Assembly (NCBI RefSeq): GCF_025363195.1
Contig: NZ_JANYEK010000048.1
Location: 4,629 to 68,628 of the forward strand
Origin: Sphingomonas sp.
GTDB taxonomy: Bacteria > Pseudomonadota > Alphaproteobacteria > Sphingomonadales > Sphingomonadaceae
Direction of reading: 5' to 3'
DNA length: 64,000 nt
Shown: positions 62,206 through 64,000 of the stretch, piece after piece
Numbering within the stretch: the stretch's first letter is position 1
How the letters are laid out: the number at the start of each line of letters is the position of its first letter
Program-made: the position numbers and the translations under genes
Notes under the pieces: generated by a model
Databases searched by the model: none
Told to the model about the DNA's origin: nothing
What the model saw: the letters and a program-made list of their open reading frames with translations, nothing else

Positions 62206-63710
62206 CTCCGCGGTGCCTGCCGTCGATAGCTCAGTGCCTCCGCCACATGGACCCGCCCGATCGCCTCGCTGCCCGCCAGATCGGCGATCGTCCGTGCCAC
62301 GCGCAGGATGCGGGTATAGCCCCGCGCCGATAGTCGCATCGCCTCGCTTGCCTGCGCGAGCAGCTTGCGACCCGGCTCGTCCGGCGTCGCCACCTTCTCC
62401 AGCAAAATACCGTCGATCTCGGCATTCGTGCGCACCGGATGATCGGCATAACGCGCCGTCTGCACATCCCGCGCCGCCATTACTCGCGCCCGCACCTCCG
62501 CCGATCCTTCCGCAGGCGGCGGCAAGACGAGATCGGCGGCACTCACCGCCTGCACCTCGACATGCAGGTCGATCCGGTCGAGCAACGGCCCCGATACCTT
62601 CGCCTGATAATCCGCCGCGCATTTCTGCGCGCGCGAACAGGCCAAAGCTGCATCGCCGAGATGCCCGCATCGGCACGGGTTCATCGCCGCGATCAACTGT
62701 ACGCGCGCCGGGAAGATGACGTGCGCATTGGCCCGCGCCACGCTCACCGTCCCCGTCTCCAGCGGCTGACGCAGCGAATCGAGCACCGCGCGCTGGAATT
62801 CGGGCAGCTCGTCGAGGAACAAGACGCCGAGATGCGCGAGGCTGACCTCGCCCGGTTTCACTTTCAGCCCACCGCCGACCAACGCCGCCATCGACGCCGA
62901 ATGGTGCGGCGCACGGTATGGCCGCGTCCGCGTCAGCCGCCCGTTTTGCAGGCTGCCCGCGACACTCGCCACCATCGACACCTCCAGCGCATCGGCAGCA
63001 TCCAGCGGCGGCAGGATGCCGGGCAGGCACGCCGCCATCAGCGACTTGCCCGCGCCCGGCGGCCCGACCATCAAAAGATTGTGTCCACCCGCCGCCGCAA
63101 TCTCCAGCGCGCGCTTGGCCGTCTCCTGCCCCTTTACCTGTCGCAGGTCGGGGCCGTTGAACGCCTCCTCGGCATCACCCGGCTGCGGCGCGGAGAGCAG
63201 GCCATGACCCTTGAAATGGTTGAGCAGCGACAGCAGATCCGGCGCGGCGACCACTTCGACCGACCCAGCCCAGGCCGCCTCCGACCCTTGCGCCGCCGGA
63301 CAGATCAACCCCTTGCCCTCGGCCGATGCATGCAGCGCCGCCAGTAAAACTCCCGCCGACGGCGCGATCCGCGCGTCCAGCCCGAGTTCACCGACCGCGA
63401 CATAGCCGCTCAGCGTATCGGCATCGATCACCCCCATCGCGCCAAGCAACGCCAGCGCGATCGGCAGATCGTAATGCGATCCTTCCTTGGGCAGATCGGC
63501 CGGTGACAGATTGACCGAGATGCGCTTGGGCGGCAGCGCCAGCCCCATCGCCGCAATCGCCCCGCGCACCCGCTCGCGGCTTTCCGCCACCGCCTTGTCG
63601 GCCAGCCCCACGACGATGAAATTGGGCAGTCCGGGCGCCAGTGACACCTGCACCTCGACGCCTCGCGCCTCCAGGCCGAGATACGCGACAGTCGATACGA
63701 TCGCGACCAT
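62202..63710 (-). CDS. comM: YifB/ComM Mg-chelatase-like AAA+ helicase
   Basis: ESRERVR, NLSPADLPKEGSHYDLP, GPPGAGKS, PHHSAS, LFLDELPEF, NPCRCG, RVARTIADL. Confidence 0.93.
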   Translation of the reverse strand: MVAIVSTVAYLGLEARGVEVQVSLAPGLPNFIVVGLADKAVAESRERVRGAIAAMGLALPPKRISVNLSPADLPKEGSHYDLPIALALLGAMGVIDADTLSGYVAVGELGLDARIAPSAGVLLAALHASAEGKGLICPAAQGSEAAWAGSVEVVAAPDLLSLLNHFKGHGLLSAPQPGDAEEAFNGPDLRQVKGQETAKRALEIAAAGGHNLLMVGPPGAGKSLMAACLPGILPPLDAADALEVSMVASVAGSLQNGRLTRTRPYRAPHHSASMAALVGGGLKVKPGEVSLAHLGVLFLDELPEFQRAVLDSLRQPLETGTVSVARANAHVIFPARVQLIAAMNPCRCGHLGDAALACSRAQKCAADYQAKVSGPLLDRIDLHVEVQAVSAADLVLPPPAEGSAEVRARVMAARDVQTARYADHPVRTNAEIDGILLEKVATPDEPGRKLLAQASEAMRLSARGYTRILRVARTIADLAGSEAIGRVHVAEALSYRRQAPRS

Positions 63711-63852
63711 CCGCGTGAAGCCCCCCCGAAAAAAAGCATCATAGCGTTATATCCTGTATAGGATATAGTAAGACTGTTCACGATATTTAGGGCGCCGTCG
63801 AAACCGGCACACTGTCTTGTACAAACAAGACACTCGCCCCACATGCCCGCTC

Positions 63853-64000
63853 GTGATCGCATCCACCGCCCGCCCGCGCCGACATCCGGCCAGTCGTTAT
63901 GCCCAGTTGACCGGCGGCATTCTGCTGCTCGTTTCGGCACCGATCGTCGCACCACTGCCCGGTCCCGCCGGAACGCTCGTCTTCGCTGGTGGCATGGTGC
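63853..64000 (+). CDS. Probable PGPGW-like membrane protein (3' partial)
   Basis: From GTG 63853 the frame reads ...GGILLLVSAPIVAPLPGPAGTLVFAGGMV and runs off the window. Confidence 0.55.
   Translation, partial: MIASTARPRRHPASRYAQLTGGILLLVSAPIVAPLPGPAGTLVFAGGMV

Overview
High-GC alphaproteobacterial chromosome segment. Gene content and intergenic repeat families suggest Sphingomonas/Sphingomonadaceae; this is inferred, not searched. It is mostly core or housekeeping DNA: cca (partial), GGDEF-EAL, parC, purC-purS-purQ, a queuosine-precursor transporter, tRNA-Arg(TCT), mop/modE, nadE, kynA, tamAB, exosortase-A-type glycosylation genes, pfpI, topoisomerase IB, mscS, a thiolase, phaZ, an ABC exporter, rnr, an acyl-CoA catabolic region with a TonB receptor, an EF-hand/OmpR/kinase trio, tRNA-Leu(CAA), ogt and comM. 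I see no integrase, transposase, CRISPR array or intact prophage. The best candidate for an undescribed system is a 1.25-kb three-gene module at 25356-26598. It has an intact self-cleaving CI-like S24 repressor and a divergent Cro-like gene, whose promoter region carries both a 14-bp operator palindrome and a perfect alphaproteobacterial LexA box. The third gene encodes a 103-aa protein that by eye resembles DUF3168 phage/GTA tail-terminator proteins, and no other phage genes are nearby. Other notable items: palindromic repeats inserted in frame in rnr and purS, back-to-back EcfG-type promoters for pfpI and topoisomerase IB, a possible non-catalytic alkyltransferase-like gene next to ogt, and an uncalled 51-aa gene preceded by a triple ATG-containing repeat. 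All family assignments come from motif recognition; no database searches were run.
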